Source: Hormiphora californensis (Eukaryota; Animalia; Ctenophora). From it: a stretch of DNA of 64,000 nucleotides. The position numbers were made by a program, and so were the translations under genes. Shown here in pieces: positions 45,209 to 63,981 of the stretch. Every line of letters starts with the position of its first letter. Position 1 is the first letter of the stretch. The stretch is from positions 4,712,001 to 4,776,000 of the forward strand of contig CM035354.1 in the NCBI GenBank assembly GCA_020137815.1, given 5' to 3'. The notes below the pieces were generated by a model. That model ran no database searches, had not been told where the DNA came from, and worked only from the letters and a program-made list of their open reading frames with translations.

Positions 45209-46602
45209 GAGTGAGAGAGAGAGAGAGAGAAATAGAGAGAGGGAGAGAGAGACAGAAAATAACAGTTGTGTGAATACGACGAAGCCACTTCCCGAGCTGC
45301 TCGGCGGTGCCGCGGTGCAAGTACTGTGATGGATTCTTGTGTGTGATGTTTTATGAGAGAGAGAGAGATCTGATGTTCTTGCGTATGTCACGATTTGGAA
45401 TTCTTTTTGAATCTGTCTTCAGTGCACCCCCTAATATATGTGTTTCTGAATTAAACCCCTAGTGAGATTATACCCCTTCTCCCTCTCTCTCTCCCTCTCA
45501 CTCACTCTCTCACTCACTCTCTCCCTCTCTCTCACCTATCTTCTAGCCCCGAAAAGATCTTCACATTGATAAATTCACCGGTTAACGATGGAAAATCGCA
45601 TTATTATGAGGGAGCTTTGCACATGATCTCCCCTTTGGACCCCGATATGAGAATTATCACTCTACCCCATCCTAGAGTCTCATCTCTCTCTCTCTCTCTC
45701 CCTTCTCTCTCTCTCTTTCTCTCTCTGACCCGGCTGGCTCTACTGGAATGCCCCGTTAAACACGCTGACACAATTAGGAAAACACTGTCTAGAGGGAATA
45801 ATGGGGGGACTGAGTTGAACAATCGTCGCGGGGGACACGAGACACAGTAAATCTTCCCTACCCTGGTACCAACATGTGCTGCGCATTCCACTCAGACTAT
45901 AAACTCCAGGGCCCCCGAGTCATTCATATATTATTGATGACTCAGATTAGAAACCTTCCTCTCTCTCAATGTGAGAGAGAGATACCCCTCTCATGGATTC
46001 ATATGTTGCAGATTATAGATTTTCCAATCTCTAGTGTCTGAATTGCTTCAGTTTCGTATTTGAAACATCTGTCTGGTATTTGGAACGCGGAACATTATTA
46101 TCTTCAATCTTAATTTGAGTTTATTTTGAATGACGCAACTGGCTCAGGGAACATTTAAAGGAGATCCGATTTTAGACTGATGCTTATCCTTGCATTATAC
46201 TAATTAGAGTTTCCAACTCTTCTGTTGTCATGTTGTTTCTTTCGGAATTCTTCTCGGATGCCCCGATACCAGGAGGAGCTAGGGAAGGGTTGGTATAGTT
46301 GGGGATCTTGGCTAGTAGGTAGTTTGTGGACGGTGGATAGTTGGGGGAGGGAGGGTGGTTTGGGGAAGGTGGGTAATTGGGGTAGGGTAGAAACTGGATA
46401 GTTGGGAAAGGTGGGTTATTGGAGGAGGGAATTGGTAGTTGGAGGAGGGCGAGAACTGATAATTTCCCCACCAATCGCACTGGCTGTCATATTGATGCTA
46501 CTGGGACACGCCAGGGCAATCTTATCAATTAAAACCCCTCTTGTAAAGCAGTTGTCAACGTTTTTTGACACATTTTAACTGATAGATTAATAGGGAGGGA
46601 TC

Positions 46603-46637
<35 letters not shown>

Positions 46638-48630
46638 GAGATAGAGATGTTGTAATCATGAGAGTGAATGAAAGGGAAGAAAGCTATAATTTGAAGTTTG
46701 CATCAATTCACGCGTCGGGGTAAAGTCACCTGCAGCTATCAATCGATAAACGCAGTGAAGCTATTACCCTACATCAGTGAAGGTGAAGTGTTGTTTCCCG
46801 ACCAGACGGAGCCATCGACCAGGAATAGACATAGTCCACCCTCCCTCTCCCGTTTTCTATCTTTCTAAATCCCCTCCATCACTAACTTATTTTTGTGACT
46901 CGTTGTTTCAATCACGTGTAACCCCTTGGTAACGATCTGTTTACATTACGCCGATCAGTTTAGTCTGGAGTGAGATAGTGAGTGAGAGAGATAGTGAGAG
47001 AGAGAGAGAGTGAGAGAGAGAGAGAGATAGAGGGGTATCATACAGTTTAGGGCTCACGCGTAGTACCCCGCTATATCATCTGTGGGACGAAGGATGGGCG
47101 GCTTTGGAAAAAGAGATAGAGGGATCTCTCCATTGGCATTAGTCGTGGCCCGCTGTTGCGCTTGCTTGGTATGATCAATATGAAGCTCGATCTACCTCAA
47201 AAAAGAGACGAGGGTAAAAATCCAATTTCGTTCGGAGGAATGTTGTATTCTGTTGAGGGGGTGAATGTAATAGATATATGATAAAAGATAGAAGATAGGA
47301 AGAGCGAGCTCTAAAAAACTGAGCGATCGCGCGCGGAGATAGAGCAGATCTCGCTCGACCAGGAGAGTACTCTCGCGTCTCTACTCGCGCGCTACTCTTA
47401 AGGAGATATATTCTCTCTCCTCTCTTCTCTCTCTCTCTCTCTCTCTCTCACTCTCTCTCTCTCTCACTTGACCGTAATGTAAACAGCTCGATCAGTTCAG
47501 TTGTAATTGAAGGGACTGCTGTATCACCCCCTGTTCCCCACTGATCCCCATCTGATACAACAATCTGACAGATTCAACTTCTTTCTGGCAAAGTTCCGCC
47601 GCCCCCTTCACTCCCCCATAGTTACTGGACAGCTCAGACGACATCACATCTGATGATCTTTGTATCTCACAGAGCTACTTGTGCACGTGATGCTATCTTG
47701 GTAATCGGTTATGCTTGATGGGGGAGCATTTGAACGAGATATATATTTCACAGTTTCCATCTCTCTCTTGCTCTCTCTCTCTCTTTTTAGTCTGATGATC
47801 GTTTTGTAGCACGTTGTAGCAGCAATTTACAAGCTGTAAACCGTTACAATGCTCCCTCTGTATTTTACCTGGCTGGCAATCATGCACCGATTACCTCCCC
47901 CCCCATACTAGCCTCTAAAACGCTCTCCATCACAATTAGTTAAAACGCACTGCATTTTTCTTCTCGAGCACTTTAGTAGGCGCTATCGGTAGACCGGTTA
48001 ATCGAATCTAGCGTTACCTAGCTAACCGATAGGGCCGTTAGTTCAACTAGTTAACTAGTGGTCCAGACGGTCTATTCCGCTGGTTACAATAACCCCGTGA
48101 TCATAATACGTCACGTGACATTCCAATATTTAACAGCGCAGTTGCAACACCTTTGATAAAGTTGCATTTTCACAATATATGGTGTCCTGTACGTTTATTG
48201 TTGATATTGCCATCTTATTACTTGCCTTGCTCTTCGTCCTAGGTTTCTCCCAAGGGTTTGAACGAAACAATTCATTGCTAACTTTCCTAACCAGTAACTC
48301 TCCCTCCTTTCTAACTTTGCTAACCCTCCCTCTTCCCCTCTCCTCCAGTGACCATGGTACAGTTTGATCAACAGAGACAGCTGCTTTACCGACTGATAGT
48401 CAACCAACTGTATAGCGATGGACTGGCCCACTTCGCTGCCCCAATATCTCTTGCAGCTGGAATCTCATCTGCTCACCTTATACCATCAAGTGAGTTATGA
48501 TTGTAATTGAGACTATATATAGTGGGGGTACTGAGATGAAGACAACGGGTTTAGAGGAGGTTTGGAGGGGGTTTAGGGGGTTTAGAAAATATTTGTTAGT
48601 CCCACTAATATCCCCCTCTCTCCCTACCAG

Positions 48631-54061
<5,431 letters not shown>

Positions 54062-54326
54062 ACTTCCTGCTGTAGAAAGCTGTGAATCTGTTGTTAGTGC
54101 TATTGGGCGAGTTAAATTAAAAAGCCGCGGGCGGGTGATCTGAAATTAAAAAAGACAATGTTCATGTTCAGATCCAGATTATGTGAAAAGACTTAAAAGT
54201 GACGGAAATTCTGATGTCTGTTAAAATTCTTCTATTGTTGTTCGGGTTGTATAATTGTGAAGTAATGAAATTATTCGTTTTTATTTGTCCTGGTAACATG
54301 CGGAGAGATGGGTCGAACAAGGCTAA

Positions 54327-54552
54327 GGGCGCGCACAGACTGTTCATGCGTGATCATGTCCATAACATAAGTGGACTGAAAACTGAAACTTATTCATATA
54401 AAAGCGAAACCACTGTACCCGACTAATTTTGATACGCTGAATCACGTAAGCAACTTTTCCAATCTGTCTGAGATCGGGAAAGTGTTCTAATTGGGCATAA
54501 TTGGGTCTTGCCCACTTATGGACATGATCACGCATGAACAGTCTGTGCGCGC
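54327..54552. mobile_element. PIF/Harbinger-like MITE
   Basis: TAA|GGGCGCGCACAGACTGTTCATGCGTGATCATGTCCATAA...TTATGGACATGATCACGCATGAACAGTCTGTGCGCGC|TTA. Confidence 0.75.
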
Positions 54553-55807
54553 TTATGTGTCCCTTGTCAGGACTATTTCTCTGGAAAACGGCGGGACCAT
54601 GCAGTCAAACTCTCACATGGTGCGCCGCGCAGTGTCGAAATTATCCCAGCTCTGCGCGGAACCAGACTCAAACTTGACTTCGCGCGTTACATACAATACC
54701 GATTAACAGATTCATGATGGTGTGTATACCAGCCGCCACAGCTGTTGTGTCTCAAGGTAGCATCCCTCTATCCCGGACCTTATACGCATGAAGGCCCTTT
54801 GCTGTGTTCATGACAGGATTGTAGTACAATTTGTGAACCATGACCAACTTGGTAAACAGCTCTGACCGGATCCTGGAGTTGGGAACATGAAAAAACAACC
54901 TACAGCAGACAGCTTGATTAAAAAATCGATCTCCAGCTGATCCGCAACGGGATCTAGCAAAAATGTCGAGTTTAAGGCATAGTATTCTCTCCCTGTCTTC
55001 CCCTCTCTCTCACTTCTTCTTTCTCTTTTGTCCATCTATATTATCTCTCTCCCTCGGCCTAATATGCTCACGCACAAATTACACACATTTCCGCCTACAT
55101 AGCTAAGCTATACTCTATAATAGTATAGTTGTTACCGGGCCAGCGAACTAGGAAGTATTTTAAAAGTCAACATGCTGCAGTAGTTTGCTGTCACTCAATA
55201 CACTCGTCCTCGCAGGCTGGCTTTACCGAGTTAGTTCGTCCAAATTGATCCAATTGTTGAGGCCTACTTAATATAATCTGACAATGTATTGCAGCAGTAA
55301 GCTTTATCTAAACAAGTCAATATTGTTGTGTGAGTTGTTTGTATTTGAAAGAGCTCGAAGAGCTGGGGTTCGAAGAATAGAATCTGGTTCTAGGAATAAC
55401 AGAGAGCTCTAGCAAACACACATGATCGTGTTTGTTTTCTCTCTCAATCTCCCTTTCCTTCTCTCATTTCACCCTTTCTTTCTCCCAGAAGAGCTCTTCT
55501 CTTACGAGCTAGTAGCTACCTGATATTTTGTGTAACTGTAAATTATGTATGTGTGAGCTTAGCTTTGTTGAGTATTGAACCGCAATCCTGTCTTGTAGCA
55601 TCTATTATGCGCTTATTGAAGGTCATTCATGTTTTGGATTGTTCAAATCAGGGATGTCTTTTGTTTGTGGCACTCCCCTATAGGTACTCTGTGCAGCAAT
55701 TTACATTTCTCTTTAGGTGATCCTGTGAAATGACCTAATGAGCAGGTAGTACTGGTAGCAACCCTATATATCCCTCACCTGCCGATCCGAGGGTGCAAGG
55801 TGGTAAA

Positions 55808-58800
55808 ATGGAGAGCGTATTCAGTTTCGATGATACCGCCGCACCTGCCCTATTGTTTGAAAAGGTAATGGGTTGGGCACGTCGCGCTATCCCCTGTACG
55901 TGGCCAAGGTAATGGGTGCCTGAGGGGCCCTTTTAGAGAGATCACTTTTCTCGATCCTCTCTCTAAAAACCATTTGTACAAAACAAGGATCACTGCAGAT
56001 GTCCAAAGCACCAGGAAGAGTGGGTGAGAGAGAGCTAATAAGTGGGCCGGGGATCCGGGATATTTTTCAAAAAGTAGAGACAAAGCGGACTTGACGAATA
56101 CGGGGCGTTATGCCTCCTGCCGGTATGCCCACCAGTGGTGGGCAAACAAGTCAGTAGGCAGAACGGTACCCTAGCCGACCGTTATGCCCACCAACCAAAT
56201 CAGGTATATTGCGGCATAGTGGTGGTGGGCATACCGGTATCCTAGCCGGCCGTTATGCCCACCTGTTATACCCACCTGTTATGCCCTCTCTGTATGTAAT
56301 CAATGGCATCACACATCCCGAGATCTACACGCTAAGGAGTGGTACCAATTAGACGCTTAGCCTTCTCGTATCGTATAATCAAAGCGGGTACGGTTTGGCA
56401 GTTGGCTTCACTTTTCATGAAGAAATAAAAGTCTTGCATTCACTACACAACAAGAATAATTGCGATATGGTGTCATATCGCCTGGTTTCCCCGCCTGATA
56501 TAGTTATAGCAATAGTATGTGACCTGGCATGTACTGCTTCTAAGCTAATTGGGTGTGGTACTGATAGTATCAAACCCATCAGCTCTGTACCGACTCACGT
56601 ATCAGTGATACGTGAGTCGGTACAGAGCTGATGGGTTTTCTAATTAGACTTCATTTGCAGTGCTATATGATATCCTAGTAACACTAATAGGCGCAGTTCA
56701 GATTACAACTCGTTTACAATTACAAATGCAGTACTCTGTTATGTCATTACCATTACGATGACGTAACACGCGATGACGCGATGACAAGCAGGCGCTCATT
56801 CGTGCGCGCCTGCTTGCGCGCGCGATCTCTTCCGAGATCGTGTGTGAAGTGATACCTCCGCACTGGATGCGTTGCTATGGAAAAGTTACAGCCAGTTTTG
56901 TGACCGTGACACCTCACTAGTATGTAAACTTGTCGAATTCTAAACCCCTATGCCTTTTTACAAAAGGCATCCGGGTGAATGCCTTCGGCATTCACCCGGG
57001 CGGGGAAAAAATCTAATAATTAATAAATAACCACAGTTGTATTACTCTTCAAGTTCATCATATTCAAGGTCCAGTAGTATAACCATACTTTCTAAGATAA
57101 GTTGAGTAACATCGGTGATATAATCATACTTTGTGGCAGCTGTTTGAGTGTCTGCTCATAACAGTTCCACAGATCAAGGGGATACGGGCTAGAATTAATC
57201 CAAGTTCTTTCAAAATACAGGCAAAACTGTTTAGTGTGGGCCCAATGGCCATGCTCGGAGAAGCTGCTTCTCAATATCATTCCAAGCAGAAACTACACAA
57301 GATAGTTCACGAGCACTCATTCCTAAACTGACTATGTCAGTGACATCGTCGGATATCACCAATCAACCTGATTAGTGTCAGGTCCATGTTTCCTGATCTC
57401 CCTTGATGAGAAACTAGTCAGCTCATAGCATTCCTGTTTCAGTCGTGTCCAATTATGTAGTATCAGATCCAGTATCATGATGCTTACGAGCAATATAATG
57501 AAATTGCACGGATAGGACATGGGTAATGAGTCATAATTTTTATTGGTTTTTCATACTTTTTAAATTCTACCACAACGAAGGTAGTGTAAGGTTTACACAC
57601 AGTTGTAGTATGATCTGTGATACGAGAAGGCTAAGCGTCTAATTGGTACCACTCCTTAGCGTGTAGATCTCCGGATGTGTGATGCCATTAATTACATACA
57701 GAGAGGGCATAAAAGGTGGGCATAACAGGTGGGCATAACGGCCGGCTAGGATACCGGTATGCCCACCACCACTATGCCGCAATATACCTGATTTGGTTGG
57801 TGGGCATAACGGTCGGCTAGGGTACCCTTCTGCCTACCATGACTGTTTGCCCACCACTGGTGGGCATACCGGCAGGAGGCATAACGCCCGGCCACCCGGA
57901 CTGACTCTTCCAAAAATAGAAAGGCGCCATACCTCGTCGATTATTTAGAAAGATTCAGCGAATTCTTACTAAAGGATCATGACCCGTCATAATTCTTTAG
58001 CAAGAATTCGACTGAGCCCCAGTAACAGTTCCCTGTAGTAACAATACCACTGTTGTTTCACAGGTACCTGACCGGGAAGGGACCCAGCAGGCACCCCCAT
58101 TGGTACAGCAGATTGATGGAAGGAAGGTACTGATACTGGCGGGACAGGATATGACAGACATACCAATACCAGAGGAAACCTTAACGGATATCTCTCTTCT
58201 GGATCTCAGGTAGGAGATAGATAGAGACTAGAGAGAGAGAGAGAGATAAAAAGAAAGAGGAAGAGAGATGGTTATCGGCCCTAGTAGTTACCTATCAAAC
58301 AACGTATTTCAGTTACAACTGTCTAACGACCACAGCCGGACTCCAGTTCTACCCCAACATAGTGGAGTTAGTGCTAGATAATAATTCCCTGACGGATCTA
58401 GACCTGCCAATCCTACCCTCCCTCCGGTCTCTCAGTCTCAACAAAAACAGACTTATGAGTCTTCGTCATACTATTGATCAGCTTGTAGCGTGAGTATTAT
58501 CAATCATACCAATTATATTCAATAGTGACATTATGTTGTACTTGACAATTTAATTGTTCTTCACTCTAACATAAGCATCTTTTCAACCCGCTCAGATCTG
58601 TTCGAAACATTTCCTTTTTGAGTCTAATCTGTAACCCTCTCTGCCCGAACGAGTTGATGCAGGGAGACGAGGACGAATATCAGGTACGTGTCAAATACAC
58701 GTGACACAGCACAGTCCAAATATGGGCATGTACCATTTAGATTATCATCCTTTTAATGTCCTTTCAGCTTTATCGATATCAAATAATTCGGAGGTTAGAA

Positions 58801-59225
58801 AGTTTGGAATTCCTCGATTCCCGGCCGGTTACAGTTTGTGAGAGACGAGGAGCTTTGGAACATGTTCTAAATTATACTGGTAAACCTCCCGTCCAGTATC
58901 CCCATGTTTATTAGTTGGTAATGAAATTCCCCCTCTGCGCTAGCTCACTAATAATAGGGGTGACTTATTAGCCACCACTGACCCTAGTTCTTACTGTCAG
59001 GCATGGCGCTAACACCTAATATTCCGCCCAGGTTCGGTAGTGAAACCACGGCACAACACGCCTACGGGACCTGATTACGTCACTATAACAGGAAGTCCTC
59101 TCCTTCCCACCACGCCACCCACCACCGCCGACACGAAGCGTTTTGGGGTAGTTGGAAAAGTGAAAAAACGATATACCGGGAAAAACAGTGAGGGAAACCG
59201 GTTTATAATGGATGATCAGCTGTAA
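55808..59225 (+). CDS. LRMDA: Leucine-rich melanocyte differentiation-associated protein (C10orf11) ortholog
   Basis: Exons 55808-55864, 58064-58209, 58313-58489, ~58596-58683, 58768-58879, 59032-59225. LDLSYN, LVLDNN, LSLNKN, NPLCPNEL, LEFLDSRPV and the diagnostic end GKNSEGNRFIMDDQL. Confidence 0.93.
56103..57889. mobile_element. Non-autonomous long-TIR DNA transposon (Mutator-like) in LRMDA intron 1
   Basis: ~270-bp TIRs (56103-56372 / 57619-57889) with repeated TATGCCCACC motifs. Imperfect flanking direct repeat CGGAC(T)TGAC. Confidence 0.85.
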
Positions 59226-59519
59226 TATAATTAATTAATTAATTAATTAAAAACTCAAAAATATAATATAATGATATAACTCAGCGTGGCTTAATCTCAC
59301 TCGAATAATAAATAAAATTAAGCTAAAAGTAAACAATGCAAAAATCAAATAAAACTTAATAACATGCAAGATCAAATTTAATGTAACCAATTGTTACAAA
59401 CAGTTTCTGTTAACCGGAAGATTGGATCGGTTCTGAAATAAAATCTAACGGTCGGCGGATACTCAATTTTGTTAACTAAATCTAAACAGTCACCTTCTAC
59501 CTGCTCTATATAAGGATCT

Positions 59520-61968
59520 CTAAGTCAAAGTGGCCGCAGCGAGAATAGCGAGCAGTGTCCAACTCGCTGCGAGAATATGAGCAGATCCCTCGAAATTGAA
59601 CAACTGAAAGGGCCGCAAGTCGTGACAATAATCCCTCTGGAGACACTGATATACACCGTTAAGAACTCCCACTCCGAAGGGATCATCAGGTACTGGGACA
59701 TTGGTTTCGTTATTGAGCCATAGTAGTTCTATAGCTGTGTTATTGATCGTCCAGTAGGTATTCGCTCTCTCTATCTGTTCCGTTACTGCAGAGAGAGAGA
59801 GGGAAGGTGTTATTAACAAGAATAGTGTCATGAAACTGAATTGAGAAGGATGGTGATGTACCGGCGACCTCGATTAGGGCCGAATTGTTTTCGAGAATTG
59901 AGCAAGTGTTGCTGAAACTTACGATTGTAGGTCCTGTTGACACAACTCAGATCAAGGAGTGTTTGGGTCTTGTTAGATGTAATATTGAATGCCGTGAAGT
60001 TAAGCATTAGACACGATGGGTAGTTCTCAAAATCCTGAAAGATATTGGAGTTGGAATATAGATTACTAGCGCACCCATAATTGGGTGCGCCTCAAGTAAG
60101 GGCTTTCTAATAACCCATCCGGCTTCGCCGGTTGGGTTTTTCGCCCCTTTCAACGTCAATAACACGGTTGCCATGGCAACTGAATTGGTAACTATGGGGA
60201 CTGGCATGTCAAAAGTCATTCAAAAATATTAAGAAACTTCCATTGGAAGTTCCAAAAGTGTGAACAGCAGCTTTACAGCTTTGGTCATATGAAGTGTTTT
60301 ATGAAGGAGCAGTCTGTCGCTTAGATACCGCTGAACGAACGACTTCGACTTCGACGTTCATCTCCAAATTATAATAGAGATTGGTTGGGTTTACTAAATA
60401 TTTGCTCCTTCATAAAACTAACTATCTCCCTACCCGGGTGCAATTGTAGTAGGTACAGTATGCTCCTTTATAATACTCGTCTTCCTCCCGCAGATTGTAC
60501 TGTTGGTACCGGTCAGTTCGGGGGGATAGGACCTCATCATAGTAGCCACTGAAGTTGTACACATGTTCCTGACTGCAGTTCACCCAGCACCATAATGACT
60601 CATCTGCAGAGAGAGGGGGAGTAGAGGGGGTAGGGGTGGGAGTTGGCAGGGAGTGGAGTAGGGGGTGGAAAGGGTAGGGAGTGGAAGGGGTAGGGCATTG
60701 GGACTTGGGTAGGGAGTAGGGACTAGGGAGTGGAGACGGTTTAGAGATGTCCGATGATACCTATTACTTAGTTAAAAAGATAACCTACCTCCATAATACC
60801 AGAATATTTCTCCCTTTTTATTATCATCTTTAAAGTAGAAGCCCTTTTCGAACTTGATATGTGTTGTGTATGTTATGTCTTCATTTTGATCACGTAGCCA
60901 GATATAAGCTATCTGGTAGTCGTTCATCCAGATCCTCAGATGGCTTCCCATGAACTGAATAGACATGTTGGTGGACCTGACGAGAGATGTGTATACTGTA
61001 TGTGGCTTACATAGCGTGCTCTGTGAGGGTTCGGTAAGGTTCGGTAGATTAAAGAGTTAGATGTGAGTGTGTGGAGGGATTGAGGGACAGCTGTTATATA
61101 GAAGGAAGTCTGTATACTCGATGAGAGATGGACGCTGTGTAAAAGGAAGAAACTCACGGTGCGGAGGAGTCAGCATATCCGAAATCCCACAGATCAAGAG
61201 GGACTGTTATCTTCTGTTCCACAAAATCATTGTTCTGTCTGAAGGAAGAGTTGATCCACATTTTCCCATAATTCGTGTGGATATCCCATTTTACTGTTGT
61301 AGTCTCTTCCAGCTCACCAGATCTGAGGTTCTTCCGGTACAGCCTCATCAACTTGGGTGTCTATATAAAGAGGGGGAAGGGGGTATTGTTTGGGTGGTAA
61401 GTGGTTGACAGGGGCTGTTCGTACACTGAAGGAGTCATTCGTTGATGTAGGGATGTGGTGAACAGGTTGGGGTACGGAAGGGGGCATAGTAAGGTGTAAG
61501 GCAATAAAGTAATCTAGCAACATATACCCCCACAGTGTGGGGCCCACGCCCCACACCCAGTATCCTCACACCCCCAACATACACTATCTTCCTCGCACTG
61601 TTTGTTGACGTTTAGATCCCATCCCTTACAGTTCCATTTGAAGTTCATCTTGAACACTTTCCGGGTCGGGAACACCTCGTATATGTGCTCAGAGTGCAGC
61701 AAGTCATTGTACTCTCCTGCAGGAATTATTAGGGAGATGTTATTGGGGTAGGGTAACTGGGGGGAATTAGAGAGCTAGGAATACTCCGCACTAGCCACCG
61801 TCCACGTAGAAGAAGAATAGTAAGAGCTAGGAATACTGGAGTTCATCAATCAAGAGATTGTTAAAACGATGTTAGTATATAAAGTTAATGAGCTGTCATT
61901 TAATTACCTTGTGTTATAAAGATGAACAGACATGACAGGAGAAGTTGTATTCCGTGTTTCCAATTCAT
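59520..61968 (-). CDS. Uncharacterised secreted, probably GPI-anchored Cys-containing glycoprotein (paralog A)
   Basis: Signal-peptide exon 61968-61908 (MNWKHGIQLLLSCLFIFITQG), exons ~61717-61528, 61360-61158, 60955-60789, 60603-60434, and a terminal exon ending GSAHILAASWTLLAILAAATLT*. Confidence 0.75.
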
Positions 61969-62232
61969 CTAGCAGCTTTAGAGGCCGCACTGATTCCTAT
62001 GCACTTCTAGCTATATGGAACTGGTGCGATTTGATGTTAAATATGGTGGATAAGACTGAAATATTGATGATGAACTGTATCGACTGAATAAATTTAATTC
62101 AACATGGTAAAATTCAATTTATAATAATTAAAATAATCAATATATTAGCTAAAACTGCAGCACCAACAAACAGACAAACTTAAAATAAATTGCACAACTA
62201 GTAATGCTAAAATAAAGAGCGATTGTTCACTT

Positions 62233-63981
62233 TCAGAATGACAACAGAAGTGTGAGGGTGGCTAACAGTCCTAAGATGATGTTAATTTGAGAGGACTCCG
62301 GGTGCCGAGTTGCAAAGATCATAGTTGTCACAGACTTCGTACCAGCAGGGCTTGTCGAAGTACTGGCTACACGCCGTATCTGGGAAGAGGTTTTGAATTC
62401 ATATACGAAACAGCTAGAACAGTTAACAAGTCCAATAAGAGGATAAAAATGTTTGAAAAATCCTATTATTTGGGGGCACTTACATGTGTAGTTTTCGTTG
62501 GTACACAGGAGTTTAACCCTCTGGTCACTACTCGCCTGTTCAGTATGGTACAACCTAACACACCGGGCATGGGTCGAGGGGTTGGATTCCTTTCTCCAAC
62601 ATTTTCTAGGGGTGTTGGGATGTGTTAGAGGGGTTGGATTCCTTCTCTAACATTTTCTAGGGGTGTTGGGATGTGTTAGGAGGGGTTGGATTCCTTCTCC
62701 AACATTTTCTAGGGGTGTGGGGATGTGTTAGGAGGGGTTGGATTCCTTCTCCAACATTTTCTAGGGGTGTGGGGATGTGTTAGGAGGGGTTGGATTCCTT
62801 CTCTAACATTTTCTAGGGGTGTTGGGATGTGTTAGATGGGTTGGATTCCTTCTCCAACATTTTCTAGGGGTGTGGGGATGTGTTAGGAGGGATTGGATTC
62901 CTTCTCTAACATTTTCTAGGGGTGTTGGGATGTGTTAGATGGGTTGGATTCCTTCTCCAACATTTTCTAGGGGTGTGGGGATGTGTTAGGAGGGGTTGGA
63001 TTCCTTCTCCAACATTTTCTAGGGGTGTTGGGATGTGTTAGGAGGGGTTGGATTCCTTCTCCAACATTTTCTAGGGGTGTGGGGATGTGTTAGGAGGGAT
63101 TGGATTCCTTCTCTAACATTTTCTAGGGGTGTTGGGATGTGTTAGGAGGGGTTGGATTCCTTCTCTAACATTTTCTAGGGGTGTTGGGATGTGTTAGAGG
63201 GGTTGGATTCCTTCTCCAACATTTTCTAGGGGTGTGGGGATGTGTTAGAGGGGTTGGATTCCTTCTCCAACATTTTCTAGGGGTGTTGGGATGTGTTAGA
63301 TGGTAGGGTGGATAACTAACATTTCTAGGTTGTGTTTGGGGTGTCTCATAATAAAGTCAACGCTGTACCGTCAACCGTGAAAAAGATTGTTTGATATTAC
63401 TGGTGACACAGGACGCTGTAAAACGCAGAAATGCAGCTACTGATCCTGAGAATAATCCCCCTCTATAATAAGACTATAACTATAAGACAACCTCGAAAAT
63501 GAAGAAAAGAATAATCCCCCGTATTACCTCGGTACAGTTGACTATTTTGCAGGTTCCCCCCCCCCTATTACCTCGGTACAGTTGACTATTTTGCAGGTAC
63601 CCCCCCCTATTACCTCGGTACAGTTGACTATTTTGCAGGTACCCCCCAGATCATCTTCTGTATATTTTCCACCCAACCAGTCCAGTCTGTCAAAGTGGAA
63701 CTTGTTGGGTAGATCATCCTCAAAACAGTCATCCCAACAATACACCGTCGGGTCTGAAGGGGGAGGGGTTATCCCCGGGTTATCGGGTCTGAAGGGATGG
63801 GGTATATGGGGTAGGGGTTATCGGGGGAAGGAGCTGGAAACTTAGTATATGATTGACTGAGATCGTATCGGGGATGGGTAATAGTTCAACACTGTACCGT
63901 AGTAGTATATTCTGGAGAAATCGTTGCTGGTGGTGTTTCCAAGTTTGAACCACTTTGAGTTCCCAATATCAAGAGGGATAT
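62233..63981 (-). CDS. Uncharacterised, probably GPI-anchored protein (paralog B; 5' end beyond window)
   Basis: Exons ~63981-63898 (..SRIYYY), 63753-~63614 (DPTVYCWDDC..GGTCKIVNCTE) and a terminal exon ~62554-62233 with S/T stalk and hydrophobic end IILGLLATLTLLLSF*. Confidence 0.7.
62577..63305. repeat. Intronic minisatellite, ~14 x 51-52 bp
   Basis: Unit GGGGTTGGATTCCTTCT(C/T)AACATTTTCTAGGGGTGT(G/T)GGGATGTGTTAG(G)A. Confidence 0.95.
63515..63648. repeat. 3 x ~40-bp tandem repeat spanning an exon/intron boundary
   Basis: TATTACCTCGGTACAGTTGACTATTTTGCAGGT-C-run repeated three times. Confidence 0.9.

Noticed and set aside
44600-48200. Possible genes or ncRNAs in the long stretch between the Ig and zinc-finger genes
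   Set aside because: Only microsatellites, a degenerate G-rich repeat (~46290-46450) and a CpG-rich patch (~47320-47400). No supportable exon chain, tRNA or SL RNA gene was recognised.
62577-63305. CRISPR-like regular array
   Set aside because: Head-to-tail units without unique spacers, no cas genes, eukaryotic intron; it is a minisatellite.
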